Below the pieces are notes generated by a model. It had not been told where the DNA came from. It made no database searches and worked only from the letters and a program-made list of their open reading frames with translations. Positions 35,913 through 48,990 of a DNA stretch of 64,000 nucleotides are shown here, one piece after another. This stretch comes from Chiloscyllium plagiosum. Lineage: Eukaryota. The stretch is from assembly GCF_004010195.1 (NCBI RefSeq), contig NC_057711.1:27183972-27247971 (forward strand), in the 5' to 3' direction. The position numbers and the translations under genes were made by a program. The number at the start of each line of letters is the position of its first letter. The stretch's first letter is position 1.

Positions 35913-37122
35913 CTGAAAATAAAGAACCACACAGATGCAGAGGATGCATATCAGGCAAAGCAAATTGTGAGTAATCAGGCACAACATTTAGTGGTAGAAT
36001 ATCTCAACTCAACTCTCAAACAAACTAAGCATATTATTCACACATGCAAGGAAGCTGTCAGCTTTTAATACTGTCTTTTATTTTTAAGTAGGCAAAAATA
36101 AACAGCAATGCATATCTCAGAGAAGCAGACTTTCTTCAATTCCCGATGTTAGACATGCCATCATTTTCAAACCAGCAGGTATGAGGAGAACCTGGGTGCA
36201 TGCAAAGCATATGGGATGGCTGAGTGAAGGGGAGAAAGGGGAGCTAGGATAGGTGCATGAGGTCAGTATTCCTCGAAAATGACCAGAACTTGAGCCCTCA
36301 GGACGGGTTGATGGCACGTTGCAGCAAACTGCTCAAATCCATGATTTGCTCGCAGCTGAGCTCCGCCGTGCTACTGTCACAGTGAGCTCCCAGCCTAGAT
36401 TTTAAAGCCTCCTTAGGAGAGCTAAGGGGGAAATCATCAGAGAGCCTGTAGCTGCTGATAGAGTGACAATGCACATCGGCTACACGACCTGGCGAGGGAT
36501 TAAAAAGCTCAATCTGAGAAAATCATAGCACTATAACCAAGATATCTATTTAGGAAATTCCAGATGTAAATTACTTAATACGCTCATTATGATGATCTTG
36601 GTAGAGACCGGCAAAGCAGATATTTAGTTTAGAATCTGAAAACCAAAGTATTTATCAAAGAATTAAGCCATGTCGTTCACTGTTCAAATCAAAACATTTC
36701 TATGACATAAAAAGCAAAGAACATGCAAACCAAAAATATTAAGAAGTCACGATGTTAAAGATATTAAAAGCTCAATGAATCAGATGTTTATACTTTAAAC
36801 CAAACTCCTATTCAAATGGCCTAGGAGAAGAATGTAAATAAAGATCCGAGATCAACAAGATAAACAAATGCAGGAAATTCCTCCCTGTCCCTATTACTGA
36901 ATCATGAGAGTGTGACATTTTCTGAGTCATTTTGACTGTGGAACTCACTTTGCCCAGCAATTTGAGATAGAACTTGGGAAGTAGTGTGTGCTTGGAAGGA
37001 ACAGGTTAATTCAGAACTATGATGATCTTGGTAGAGGCAAAGTGATCATTTAGTTTAGAATCTGAAAACCAAAGTATTTATCAAAGAATTAAACCATGTA
37101 GTTCACTGTTCAAATCAGAAAA

Positions 37123-37232
37123 TGGCTAGGTGGATGATTTAGGGGGAATGTAGGGAATAGGTCTGGGTGGGTTACTCTTTGGAAGGTCAGTGTGGGCCAA
37201 ATTGAGCTGTTTCCACACTGTAAGGATTCTAT
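37123..37232 (+). mobile_element. 5'-truncated HE1 SINE
   Basis: ggtctgggtgggttactcttt...tgtttccacactgta.ggattctatg. Confidence 0.75.
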
Positions 37233-38339
37233 GGTCTGCATAACAGAATTTAGCATTTTAAGATTTGAATTTTAAGATTTTTAAGTGAAATTCAACCACT
37301 ATAAAAGTCACACAGCACTGCTGCCAATTACAAATCTAACAATTTGGTCCTTTCAGAGCTGATATGGAGGACGTGGGGATACCATAGGCATCAATGATTG
37401 AAGTTCTGATTGCAAAAGCAAGTACACAATAGATCAGCAGAAATATGAAATAAGTATACAGCTCCGTTAATGAAATTTGTGAGGTCGGGAGGAAAGCCGA
37501 GATATGTTTGAATAGCCAAAAAAAACAATCAGGCCACAGCTTTAATTAAGCTCTTTGCTTTAATCACTTCAGATGCAGGCTGGAGGAAAGGGATATCACA
37601 TCAGCAGGTTTAAGGAATTTGCTGCTTTCGATAGAGAAGATGTTGTTTTTTTGATCCTGCAGACCAACAAGATTGAAAGATGCTCATCCCAAACCTACAT
37701 TTGGAAACGTTCACGTTTTGTTTTAAAAGTACAGTTACAAAACATGGAAGTCACCCTCCCTCTGCAAATTTGCAGTCACATTGCAAGCTCCTCAAATTGT
37801 TGAACATGCATAGTCTCCCAGTGGACCCTTGTTAGGTCCATCAACATTTATGCACTAATTCAAGTTACCTCTTCCCTTTCAGTTGACAGTAACAACCAGG
37901 TAGGATTTGCATTCAATTCATCAAAAGTGAGTTTAGAAAAAAAGCTTTATTTAAAATAACACAGCTGCAGAATGTATTTGTACAAATAGTTATTTCAATC
38001 ATGAAATTTAGAATCAAATTATACAAATACCGGAGATAAAAAATAATGAAGAATAAGGAGAAATGGCATTACAATACATAGGTCTCACGTGGAGTTGGCA
38101 CAATAGGGCCAAACAGCTCATTCTATGGTGATGTATTTTCTTTGTTCTTTCAATCGATGTGTGTGCTACTGACAAAGCCAGTTTTTTTGCACATCCCTCA
38201 AATTGCACATGAATTTGAGTGGCTTACTAAGCAATCAGAGAGGATCACAAGATGCAGCTACCTTGCTGTTGGTCTGGAGTCATGGACAGGGAGTCGGTAC
38301 ATATGCAAGGAAAATTGTGGGAAATATCAAAGGAGGATG

Positions 38340-41300
38340 AGGGCTCTGCAGAGTTCATTAAAATTTCTAGAACAAATAATAAGATGGGGTATGATAAGGC
38401 TCAGGAATCTAACTTCAGGCATAGCAGGTAAAGGGACAGTTATGAGAAGAGGGGTAAACAATACAGCACTGAGGGTGTTGTACTTAAATGCACACAGTAT
38501 GCAAAACAAGGTAAATGAACTTGTAACGCAGATTGAAATTCACAGGTACGATATTTTGGGGGCATCACAGAGATATGGCTGCAAGGGGATCAGGGCTGAG
38601 ACTGGTGGTTAGCACTGCTGCCTCACAGCACCAGGAATCCGGGTTCGATTCCAACCTCAGTAACTGTTTGTGTGGAGTTTGCAATGTTATCCCCATGTCG
38701 AAGTGTGTTTCTGCCAGGTGCTCTGGTTTCCTCCCAAAAATATGTAGGTTACATGAATCGGCCATGTCTAAGTTGTCCATTGTGTCCTGTGCAAGCTAGA
38801 TGGATTAGCTATGGGAAATGTTGAGTTATGGCAATAGGATGGGGGCTTGGTTTTGGTGAGATGCTAGGTAAAACTCGGATGCTGCCTGAACTGCTGTGCT
38901 CTTCCAGCACCACTAATCCAGAATTTGGTGGGATGCTGTTTGGAGGGTAGGTGCTGATTCGATGGGCTGAACAGCTTCTTTCCGCACTGTAGGGCTTTTA
39001 AATATTCGAGGATTCACAGCTTCTCAAAAGGATGGCCAGTGGGGTGGAGTTGCCTTGTAAGTAAGACATGAAATTAAATTGCATTCAAGCAACAATATTG
39101 AGTCAGAAGGCATAGAATTGGTCAAGTTGAGGAACCGCAAAGGGAAAAAAGACCATGTTGGGAGTTATGTACAGGCCCCCTAGCAGTAGTCAGAATGTGG
39201 GGAAGAAAATAAATCAGGAGATGGAAAAAGCACTTGAGGAAGGTGCTATTACAATAATCATGATGGACTTCAATATGAACGTGGATTGGGAAAATCATCC
39301 AAGAGTCGCTTAAATGTCCCTAATATCATCTATCAGACTTTCTTTGGAATGGTCTGTGGAGAGCCCACCAAGAAACAGGCACTTCTGGTGATTTGTAATG
39401 AGGCAGACCGGATTAGGGAGATTAAGGTAAAGGAATTGGATGAGGGAGACCAGAATATGTTAGAATTCACCCTGCAGTTCAGGAGGAAAAGCAGTTGAGT
39501 AAAGATAACTGCAAAAACATGAGGGAAGAGCTGGCCAGAGGTGACTGGAACAAGAACCTATCAGTGATGATGGTGAAGCCGCAATGGCAGGTGTTTCTGG
39601 GGATAAGTTGGGAGGCACAGCAGGTATTCATCCCAAGGAAGAAGAAACATACTAAGGGGAGGATGAGGCAACCATGGTTGTCAAGGGAAGTCAGGGACAA
39701 CATAAAAACAAAAGAAAAACATACAATATGGTGATGATTAGTCAGAAGCCAGATGATTGGCCATCACTAAGGAGAAGGTACTGGGGAAAGTGAAAGATAT
39801 GAAGGCTGATAAATCAGCTGGCTGGATGGACTATACCCAGGATTCTGATGGAGATAGCGGAGACGATTGTAGAGGCACGGGTGGTGTTCTTTCAGGAAAC
39901 ACTGGAGTCAGGGATGGTCTCAGAGGATGGGAAAATGGCTAATGTAACACCCCTCTTTAAGAAGGGAGGTCGGCAGTAGTTGGAAAATTATAGGCCGGTC
40001 AGCTTATAGGCCATTATGAGGCAAAAGTGAGGACTGTGGATTCTGGAAATCAGAGTCTAGATTAGTTTGGTGCTGGACAAGCACAGCAGGTCAGGCAGCA
40101 TCCGAGGAGCAGGAAAATCGATGTTTTGGCAAAAGCCCTTTATCAGGAAGGGCTCATTCCTGATGAAGGGCTTTTGCCCGAAACATCGATTTTCCTGCTC
40201 CTCGGATGCTGCCTGACCTGCTGTGCTTTTCCAGTACCACTCTAATCGAGACCCTCATTATTAGGTGTGAGACTGGAAGTGCATGGTAAAATAGGGCTCA
40301 GTCAGCATGGCTTCCTCTAGGTGAGGCCTAACAAATTTGTTAGAATTTTTTGAGGCAGTAATGAGAAAGTTAGAAAAAGGAGAGCCAGTGGATGTGATCT
40401 ATTTGGATTTCCAGAAGGCCTTTGACAAGGCTCCATGGTGGAAGGGGAGTTGATAAGAATGATGGTATGAGAGACAAGGTACTGCCATGAATAGAGTATT
40501 AGCTGACTGGCAGAAGGCACAGAGTAGGAATAAAGGGATCTTTTTCAGGGTGGCAGGTGGTGACTTGTGGAGTTCCGCTGGGTTCATGTTGGGACAACAA
40601 CTATTCACGTTATACATTAACAACCTGGACGAGGAACTAAGGACATTGTTGCTATGTTGGCAAATGACACAAAGATAGGTGGAGGGACAGGTAATGTTGA
40701 GGAAGTGGGGATGCTGCAGAAGGACCTGGACAGGGGAGAGTGGACAAAAAACTGGCAGATGGAATACAATGTGGGAAAGTGTGAGGTTATGCAGTTTGGT
40801 ATGAAGAATAGAATCATAGTCTATTTTCTGGTAAGACTATAGTAACTTGAGTTTATTTTCTAAATGGGGAATGGCTTCAAAAATGTGAAGCACAAAGGGA
40901 TGTAGGAGTCCTAGTTCACAATTCCCTTAAAGATAATATGCAGGTTTAGTTGGCTGTTAGAAAAGCAAATGCAACATTAGCATTCATTTGAAGAGGGCTA
41001 AAATACCAGAGCAGGGATATACTGCTAATGCTGTCCAAGGCTCTGGTCAGACTGCATTTGGAATATTGTAAACAGTTCTGAGCCCCATATCTAAGAAAGG
41101 ATGAGCTGGCATTGGAGTGGGTCCAGATGAGGTTTACAAGTGAGAATCAAGAAATGAAGAGCTCATCGTATGAGAAGCAGTTGAGGACACTGAGTCTGTA
41201 CTCGATGGAGGATAGAAGGTGAGGGTGGATCTCATTGAAACTTCCTAAATTACTGAGAGGCCTGGATGGGGTGGATGAGGAGAAAATATCAGGGAGAATA

Positions 41301-41590
41301 GAACCCAAGGACAGAACCTCAGAGTGAAGGGACAACCCTTGAGAGCTGAAATAAAGAAGAATTTCTTCAGCTAGAGTGTGATTAATGTGTGGAACTCACT
41401 GCCGCAGAGGGCTGTGGAGGCCAAATCATTGAGTGTATTTAAGACAGAAATAGATAGGTTCTTGACTGGTAAAGGGATCAAGAGTTACAGGGAGAAAACA
41501 GGAGAATGTAGTTGCGAAACATATCAGCCATAATTAAATGGTGGAGCTGATTTGATTGTACGAATGGCTTAATTCTTCTCCTTTTTTCTT
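38340..41590 (+). mobile_element. Long degenerate CR1 LINE (APE + RT) with nested HE1 SINE (about 38604-38996, itself holding a PLE scrap at 38870-38923) and a family A PLE inverted pair (40021-40251)
   Basis: LYLNAHSMQNKVNEL endonuclease start, YLDFQKAFDK, ANDTKIGG, WQMEYNVGKCEV, FF..RV..WNSLP; many frameshifts. Confidence 0.9.
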
Positions 41591-42221
41591 ACAATAAGCT
41601 ATTAAGATTGCCAGGAAATCCAACTTTTTCTTGAGAATAGAGTCCTTGGTTAGTATCAGTACATGCATTGCATTTCTATACAAATGTTGTTTCAAATAAC
41701 AATCATTTTTTCAGTATAAGAACCAGCTGAACTTTTCTCAACTATTTCTTCAATTATCTATAATCCATTTTAATCTCAGTGAGCATCATGACTAAACCAT
41801 TCATTTCCAGTAGAGTACAGCATTAACAAGGTATAAGAGCACAAAAGCCTTTGGTAACGTTTTGTGAAAGAAGCTCTTTGAAACAGTTGCAAATATTTTT
41901 ATAGTTATGCTACATTAATCATCACAATTTATAAAACTTTCCACTCACTGCTATTTCTTATTAATCATTAGTAACCAAGCTCCAAGTGTGCACAGCAATA
42001 TGTTTTCTTAAATGTTTCCAGAAGGTATCGCTAAAGTAATTATAGCAAAATGGGAGAAAATTACAAGAAAATGGAAACTTACAGTTCATTCTAGGATAAG
42101 ATTGTTTATTAACTTATCAATAATAAATATTAACTGTTTTCCGATGTCATAACAGACTGCAGCGAGCAGTCCAGAGGTAAAAGAAACTAACAGTTTTAAA
42201 CTTTGTTCAGCACATGTTCCT

Positions 42222-42369
42222 GGCATAAGCCCTTCTTCAGGAATTCCTGAAGGGCTTATGCCCGAAACGCCGATTCTCCTGCTCCTTGGATGCTGCCTGA
42301 CCTGCTGCGCTTTTCCAGCAACACATTTTTCAGCTCTGATCTCCAGCATCTGCAGCCCTCACTTTCTCC
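42222..42369 (+). mobile_element. Penelope-like family A copy with short inverted 5' arm; 15-bp TSD tcagcacatgttcct (42207-42221 / 42370-42384)
   Basis: Direct inspection of arms and flanks. Confidence 0.88.
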
Positions 42370-43081
42370 TCAGCACATGTTCCTCCCAAACATTTGCTGG
42401 AGGGTGAGCTTAGTTAGGTGATGTTGTTTTAGTTCTGAATTCTGTACATGTTCATAAATACGTTCAAATTACTGTCATTTTAAATAAATCAAAGTCAAGA
42501 AAATATTCAAATTTTTTGAAGCTCTTAATTTTTAAAATACTTTGAAGCAAAATTTTATTTCTTAAAAAAAAAAGTTAGCAGCCTATTTATCACACTAAAT
42601 TTCTTTTACAAATTTCAACTACATACATTCAGTCCCTGGGGTTCTCTTCAGGTTGTCAAAAACAATGTAGAGTTATTAAATTGCTTCACTTCAGTGTTGT
42701 AGTTGCATTCTTCCACAATGTTGCATTGAACTCAGGATGAATAAAGGAAACAAAATTTCTCACAGAGAGTCTTAACCAAAGTACTATCACTTGAAATTAA
42801 AAAGTAAAACAGCTGCAGAGAAACCAAGCAAAACAATATTTGACTCAGTTTACAAGAACCGTTTGGTCATTTGTTTTTATCCATTTAAAGATTAATAACT
42901 GAGGAAAAGCATCCTTAAAAATCAGTTACACATAATTGCAAAATAACGTAGTTGTAAAATATTTGACTCACTAGGAATCCAGTAAATGGATTGGAGCATG
43001 TGTAAGGACATGTAATAGCTACTTTGTCACATTATGGCAGAAGAGGAAATGTTACTGGATGGTAATGGGTTAAGAAGGTGT

Positions 43082-43177
43082 AGAGCTGAAAATGTGTTGC
43101 TGGAAAAGCGCAGCAGGTCAGGCAGCATCCAAGGAACAGGAGAATTGACGTTTCGGGCATAAGCCCTTCTTCAGGAA
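43082..43177 (-). mobile_element. Penelope-like family A copy with an intact hammerhead core; TSD gaaggtgtaga
   Basis: Minus strand ttcCTGAAGAagggcttatgcccGAAAcgtcaatt. Confidence 0.86.
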
Positions 43178-46100
43178 GGTGTAGACAAATGTAGAGGTTT
43201 GCTGCCATTCTAAGCCTCTAGCTTTCATTTATCCTATTTTCCAAGATGCTTAGGAACATGGCCCTGTGCATTTGAAAGAAATGCTCAGTGGGAAGGAAGA
43301 TTGCAATGGTCTAGCCTGTGGACATGGGTATGAATTAATCATTACCACACAATACTTCAGACAGGAAAGTCAGTTTTCCCTCTGGCCAGCTTGTTTCACA
43401 TCCACAAAAGAAACCCGAGAGACTGAAAACAAAAAGTGATCTTTGGGAAAGCTTAAATATAAAGATTAAAAAACAGTGCTGCAAGACAACAAAAAAAAGT
43501 CACAATTCGATTTAGAATTTAGCAGTTAGAATTCTTCTCCAATGGGGACTTTGAAAGTCTGAAACAGTTTCAGCTTTGAATTACATTTTAAAATGGCCTA
43601 AAATCTGCAGTGCTTGGAATTAAAATTCAATACTGAATTATTACCCAATGCCTGATTTATACAGGAAAGAAATAGATTTTTTTTGTCCACAAAAGAATGC
43701 TTACATGGATGTGGATACTCAGTCACTGAATTCATTTTTTCCTTTTAGTCATCCAGGGTGATTGGTAGTAAAGCTCACCACCATCCATAATCTCCTCACA
43801 ATGTTCCCAGCAATAAGCACAATTAGCAAGCTTGAGGATACATACTCCCTTCCAACTGGTCTACTGGGCTTTAGAAGGTCAAATTACATTAAATACTTTA
43901 AGTATTGCAGTAGATTATTATCCGGTTGACGAATTCATCATAAAGACACTTTCAAATATGGTTGGATTTTATACTGGTGGGATTGTGAGCTTGGTGGTGC
44001 TGAACTGTGTGGAGTTTGGGACCTCAGATTGGCAATACATTTGATTAAAACCTTCATTATTATCTTAGGAATTTAATGTCAATGTGAAGCATTTTAGCTT
44101 TTGTACTGATACGACATTTGTGTAAATGAAGTGTGAAAGTGCAAGGCTCCAAAGCAGAGCAGAACAGAACTCTCACCTCCACAGAACGTTACCCTGGTGC
44201 CAGACCAGACCCCACTCTGAGATTTCAGCTGTATAAACACTAGACGGTAAAGGTCATTATAGTCTTACGAGGGCTGTCTTCTCATTAGAGGGAAATGACT
44301 GGTGGCGGTTTAACACTTCAGGCGAGGGAGAGGTTGAGAAGGTGAGACATTCTAGATAACCTCAGTCAGTGTGGGAATTGAACCCACACTGTTAGCATCA
44401 CTCTACATCACAAACCAGCGATCCAGCCAACTGAGTTATTCAGATTACCAATGTAGGGTTAGCCCGAACAATTCTCAGCTGTACTATAAATGAACTAACA
44501 GATACGGCATTCATGTCTATTTATTTTGTTTTGTTTTACTTAAGAGTTTACAAAGAAGTCTTTGTCTAATACATGATATCAGTGTTTCTTTAATTAGGGT
44601 GTAGAAAGGACACTGTGTGAAAATTCAAAATGAATGGGAAACTGACGTTTGAGGGAATATATAAAAATTTGCATGCATCGTGGAAATAATTATTCAAGTA
44701 GGAAATGATGGGGTTTGAAAATGGCAGTCAAACTCTGGGATGCAGAACAATGTTTTCTGGCAGAGTCTGGCAAGTGACAAGTCATTATAAGACTTCACGT
44801 TCCTGAGTGTGGAGACTCGTGTGTAACAGCTCAGGTGTCTGAATGCTATTTAGGTGCTTCCACCAGCTAAAGGTTCTTACTAGCGTTAGAGAGGATCATT
44901 TTAACCACTTGAGCAGTGTTCTTAACTCTGAGCCAGAAGGCCTGGACTCATGTCCCACCTATTCCAGAGATGAGTCATAATATCCCAAACAGGTTGATTA
45001 AAAATACCTAAACATACAGTGGATCCCAATTTAAGTTCATCTGAAGTTTCCGTTGTATCAATTGACAAAAATATTCTCTGATATAAAGATTTTAGTGAAA
45101 GCTTGTAAATATATTCAGTGTGTCAATCTCATTGAAGTTTTAATATCTGAGATAGTGTGAAGAATACCACACTACATTTAGATTTCAGTAACATGTACTT
45201 TTCAAACAATTTGCAGTTAGATCGCTAAAATCATCTGAAATTCTAGAAATAAATACCTGTCCAAAATACTTAAAACTAATTCCCCACATGATGTGTGAAC
45301 ATTTAAAGACATCATATTTTTAATAGTCCAGCTAGGCTGTCTGATGCCTCAAAACTCATAAGTCAATAGTAACAGAAACAGCTTTATTGATATCTCGAAA
45401 ATAATAAATTAAGGAATTTGCATATAAAGGGAGCTAGTGGAAAAATCCAGATCTGTGAAAAAGTGATAGTTATTTACAAATTGTGCATTGTTTGAATAAA
45501 TTAATAAATCAATAAACTCTTATGTACAACATACAAAAGTAATGTTAGCCTGAACATTTTTATTCATTTTTCAGCCAATAGCCTGTTGCTGGCTCATATG
45601 ATTTTGTTAAAAAAAATTAAATGTGATTCACAAAGCTAAAGCTAATTGAAAAATGTATCCGTCTGCTTCTCTTAAATTTCGCCAGTTTAAGGAGCTGATT
45701 TAGATTAAATGGACCATTTGACCAGCCATCACAATCTCATACTTGACAAAGCAGGGAGACCATGCTCCCTCTTCATTTTGTGTTACTGCCCTGCTGGGAC
45801 TCCTGCTGCTTTGATAATGGTCTGCAAGCAATACACTTAACAACAATTCTCAGAGAAAATAATCCTGTAAAGCTATTAGCACAATATTAGTGCTCATCTA
45901 AACACACATACTGTGCAGGGGTTGCAGTGTGGGGAGGGGTGGAATCAATTAAAGGTAAAGTTAATCAAATAGCAGTCAAGCCCTTCCAAATATCAAAATC
46001 CCTAGCTCTATTGGAACAGCTAATGACAAAACGCAGAAAGGAACATCGAAAGCTTGTGCATACACACTCTGCCATAAAATCTTGCTTGACTCAGTCGTCA

Positions 46101-47197
46101 TTATCCATTACACATTGAACCAAATGTCTGATTCAGCCATTCTCAAACTTTGTCAAATCAGATACATCAAAACCTTGCAGTCTTCCAAAAACAGTATTGA
46201 CAGTGACAGATCTGAAACAAAAGACTTAGCTCTTACATTGTAGTTAATTTCCACAATATTTTCTTTATCTCTGCTCCAGGTTAACACCCTCCATTACTTT
46301 TGAATCTTTCTATTTTTTTCAGATATTCTTACTTTCCCTTCACTTTTTTTTTGTTTGGTCATTTTTTTAAAAATTCAAGAGATTTCTCCCTAATTCTTAA
46401 AAATGCTGCTGCACGTGAAAACTGTTAAGAAAGATCTGGAAGCCAGGCCGGCACCTCAATCAGCTGAGAAGCAGTCAGCAATTGCTCCTTTCAAAATGAA
46501 GCCAGTAAAAGAGCTGCTGAATCAAAGCTGGACAAAGCCAGCATGGGTTGAACGCTGTCCAGTAACATTCAGAACATCCAGAGTGTCCCGAGAGAAAAAT
46601 CAGGGTCTTGGCTGCCGATGAGGGTGTGAGCCATGCTAGAAATCCACCAGTGGGCACCGAGTGAATAAAACAGTGGCTTCAGTCATGATGTTTGCTGCAG
46701 CTGAGTAGTTTGCTACTGTCAAGCTCACAAATGACAAATGGCCAATTAGTTAGGCATTCAGTGCACATATGGTTCGGGAGAGGGGAAAGCAAAGAGGGAA
46801 AATAGAAAATAAAGAAAACAAATCCATGACTTTAGCAGGAAAATGCTGGGAACACTTCAAATAAGACTATTTTCTAGATCGTTTGATCCACAGGAATCTT
46901 GCCTGAAACTTGAAATTCAGACAAAAAGACTGACCAGGACATATTGCTTCTGAAATCTGCTATTCAACAGCCATTTCAAAACATACATCTCAGCATTTAG
47001 TTCATCACTTTGTGTTTCAAGCATAGCAGCTCTTATATATTGCAAATACCTGATTCATGAATTTTTCAGAAGTGTAAATTACCTCACCTTCACTTACTCT
47101 TCAAATACAACTTGATATATTTCCTTTGGCATGTATAACAATCCCAAGTCTAGGTTACTGCAAGTAACACATTAAACCTTAAGAGATCTGTACATAC

Positions 47198-47254
47198 CTG
47201 TATTCATGGTGATAAGAGGACCAGCTGTTCTATTCCAGAGAATTCAGTTTACCC
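47198..47254 (-). CDS. SORBS2: SORBS2 start-codon exon (5'UTR 47254-47208; ATG at 47207-47205, codes M-N-T + 1 nt)
   Basis: Minus strand reads tatttatttttcAG|gggtaaac...tcaccATGAATACAG|GTatgt. Good Kozak context, phase-1 donor. Matches the recalled mammalian SORBS2 N-terminus MNT(D/G). Confidence 0.88.
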
Positions 47255-48409
47255 CTGAAAAATAAATAGAATTCAGCTGCTTTACTGCAGTCCAGACCAA
47301 ACATGGCAATGTAAAACAATGCAAGAATCCTTCAGTGATTTGCAAATCGTTAGATCGTTCATTCCAAAAACCCTCCTACTTGACGGGCTCCTGTCTTATT
47401 TATCAGAACAGATTGGAATTTATGTTATTTAACGGTGATACTGCTGTCCTCATATTGGTGCTATGTATCTGCAAAGGAATGTTTATAAATATGACTGGTG
47501 TGTCAATTACTCCATATTATCATATAAAAGAAGTCTTTATCTCTGTTAGTATAAATGCTTATTATAAATCTCATACCAGTCAAGTGAAATCCCACACAGA
47601 ACTAGATGAAGCAGCTTCTCAAGACTGTGAAACAATAACATTATAATGTACTTCCAAACACCAAGGTATTTGCCACTAACATATCAACTAAGCACAGCAA
47701 GTGTGCCTCGTTCCAGAATGTATATGTGGCTGTGGAAAGACAATAAATCACATGACTTGATAAAGTACACTATGCTCCCAAGATACACGAAGACAGAAGT
47801 AGAAGGCAGGAAATAAAAAAGGTTGGGGAACATGCTAAAGCTGAGAATCTGCTGGATGTAACAATACAAATTTGAATTGTTTTCTTCTATTTCTTAATTG
47901 ACAGACTGATTCTGGGAAGGAAAGCTGGAGGATGCAATTGGGGTCCTTTAGGATTGGTCAATGGCGACTAGTAACAGAAGATGATGAGAGACTGGAACTG
48001 GGTGGGGTCAGCCATGATGGAGAGAAGCAACGGGGAGGGAGCAATAAGAGGGGGTCTTGGGCAGAGGTAGGAAATAAGCTTAATAAAGCAGAGAAACAAG
48101 TGAAGCAAATAGAGAGGGTGATAGGGCACGTTCATTGTATGGAGTGGGCATCAATGTTGAGGGATATTGCTGTCAATGTGTTGCTTTACATAGAGAAAAG
48201 AAATGTACAAATACACAAGGTTCATCTTTGGATGAGACAAATGGAACAACGATCGTAAATCCAGGCAGTAGTTTATTCTGTTTTTCACCCCAGAATGTTC
48301 AGCAAGTCTGCTGTTTCTGCAATAATTGTAAATTAGTTACAAGTATTTTTTGGAGTCTCGCTTTTTTTTAAATCTGAAAGTTAATCACAAAGCTGAAAAA
48401 GGCCTTTTT

Positions 48410-48990
48410 AGATTTGTTTATGGGATGTGGATGTTGCTGGCTGTACCACCACTTCGTGGCCATTCATAGCTGCCCTTGAGAAGGTGGTGGTGAGCTGCCT
48501 TCTAGAACTGCAGCAGTCCACGTGCTCTAGATGGACCCACAATGCCCTTAGGGAGGGAATTCCAAGAATTTGACCCAGCAACAGTGAAGGAACAGTGATA
48601 TGGTTCCAAGTCAGGATGGCCAGTGATTTGGAGGTGAACTTGTTCTCATGTAGCTGTTGCTCTTGACCTTCTAAATGGTAAATTTGTAGGTTTGGAAGGT
48701 TGGAAACTAACTCAGAAGCTTTCTTGTAGATAGTACACACTGTTGCTACTGAGCATCGGTGATGGACAGAGTGGATGCTTGTGGATTTGATGTCAATCAA
48801 GTGGGTTGTTTTGTCCTGGATGGTGTCAAATTTGAGTGTTGTTGGAGCTGCACCCATCCAAGCAAGTGGGGAATATTCCATCACACTCCTGTGTTTGCCT
48901 TTTGGATGGTTGTCAGGAGGTGAGTTGCTCACCACTGTATTCCTAGCCTCTGACCAAGCTCTGGTAGCCACTGTAGTTATATGGCTCTTG
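48410..48990 (-). mobile_element. CR1-Zenon-like LINE 3' fragment
   Basis: RSVMEYSPLAWMGAAPTTLK.DTIQDK..HLI...SIHSVHHR.SVATVCTIYK. Confidence 0.8.

Noticed and set aside
3928-47207. Assigning the gene as SORBS1 because of the DDFIP exon
   Set aside because: MNT-DSGG, VKRVQSSPNLL, KGFRSVRPNL and PMSYLQRPFSP match SORBS2 much better.
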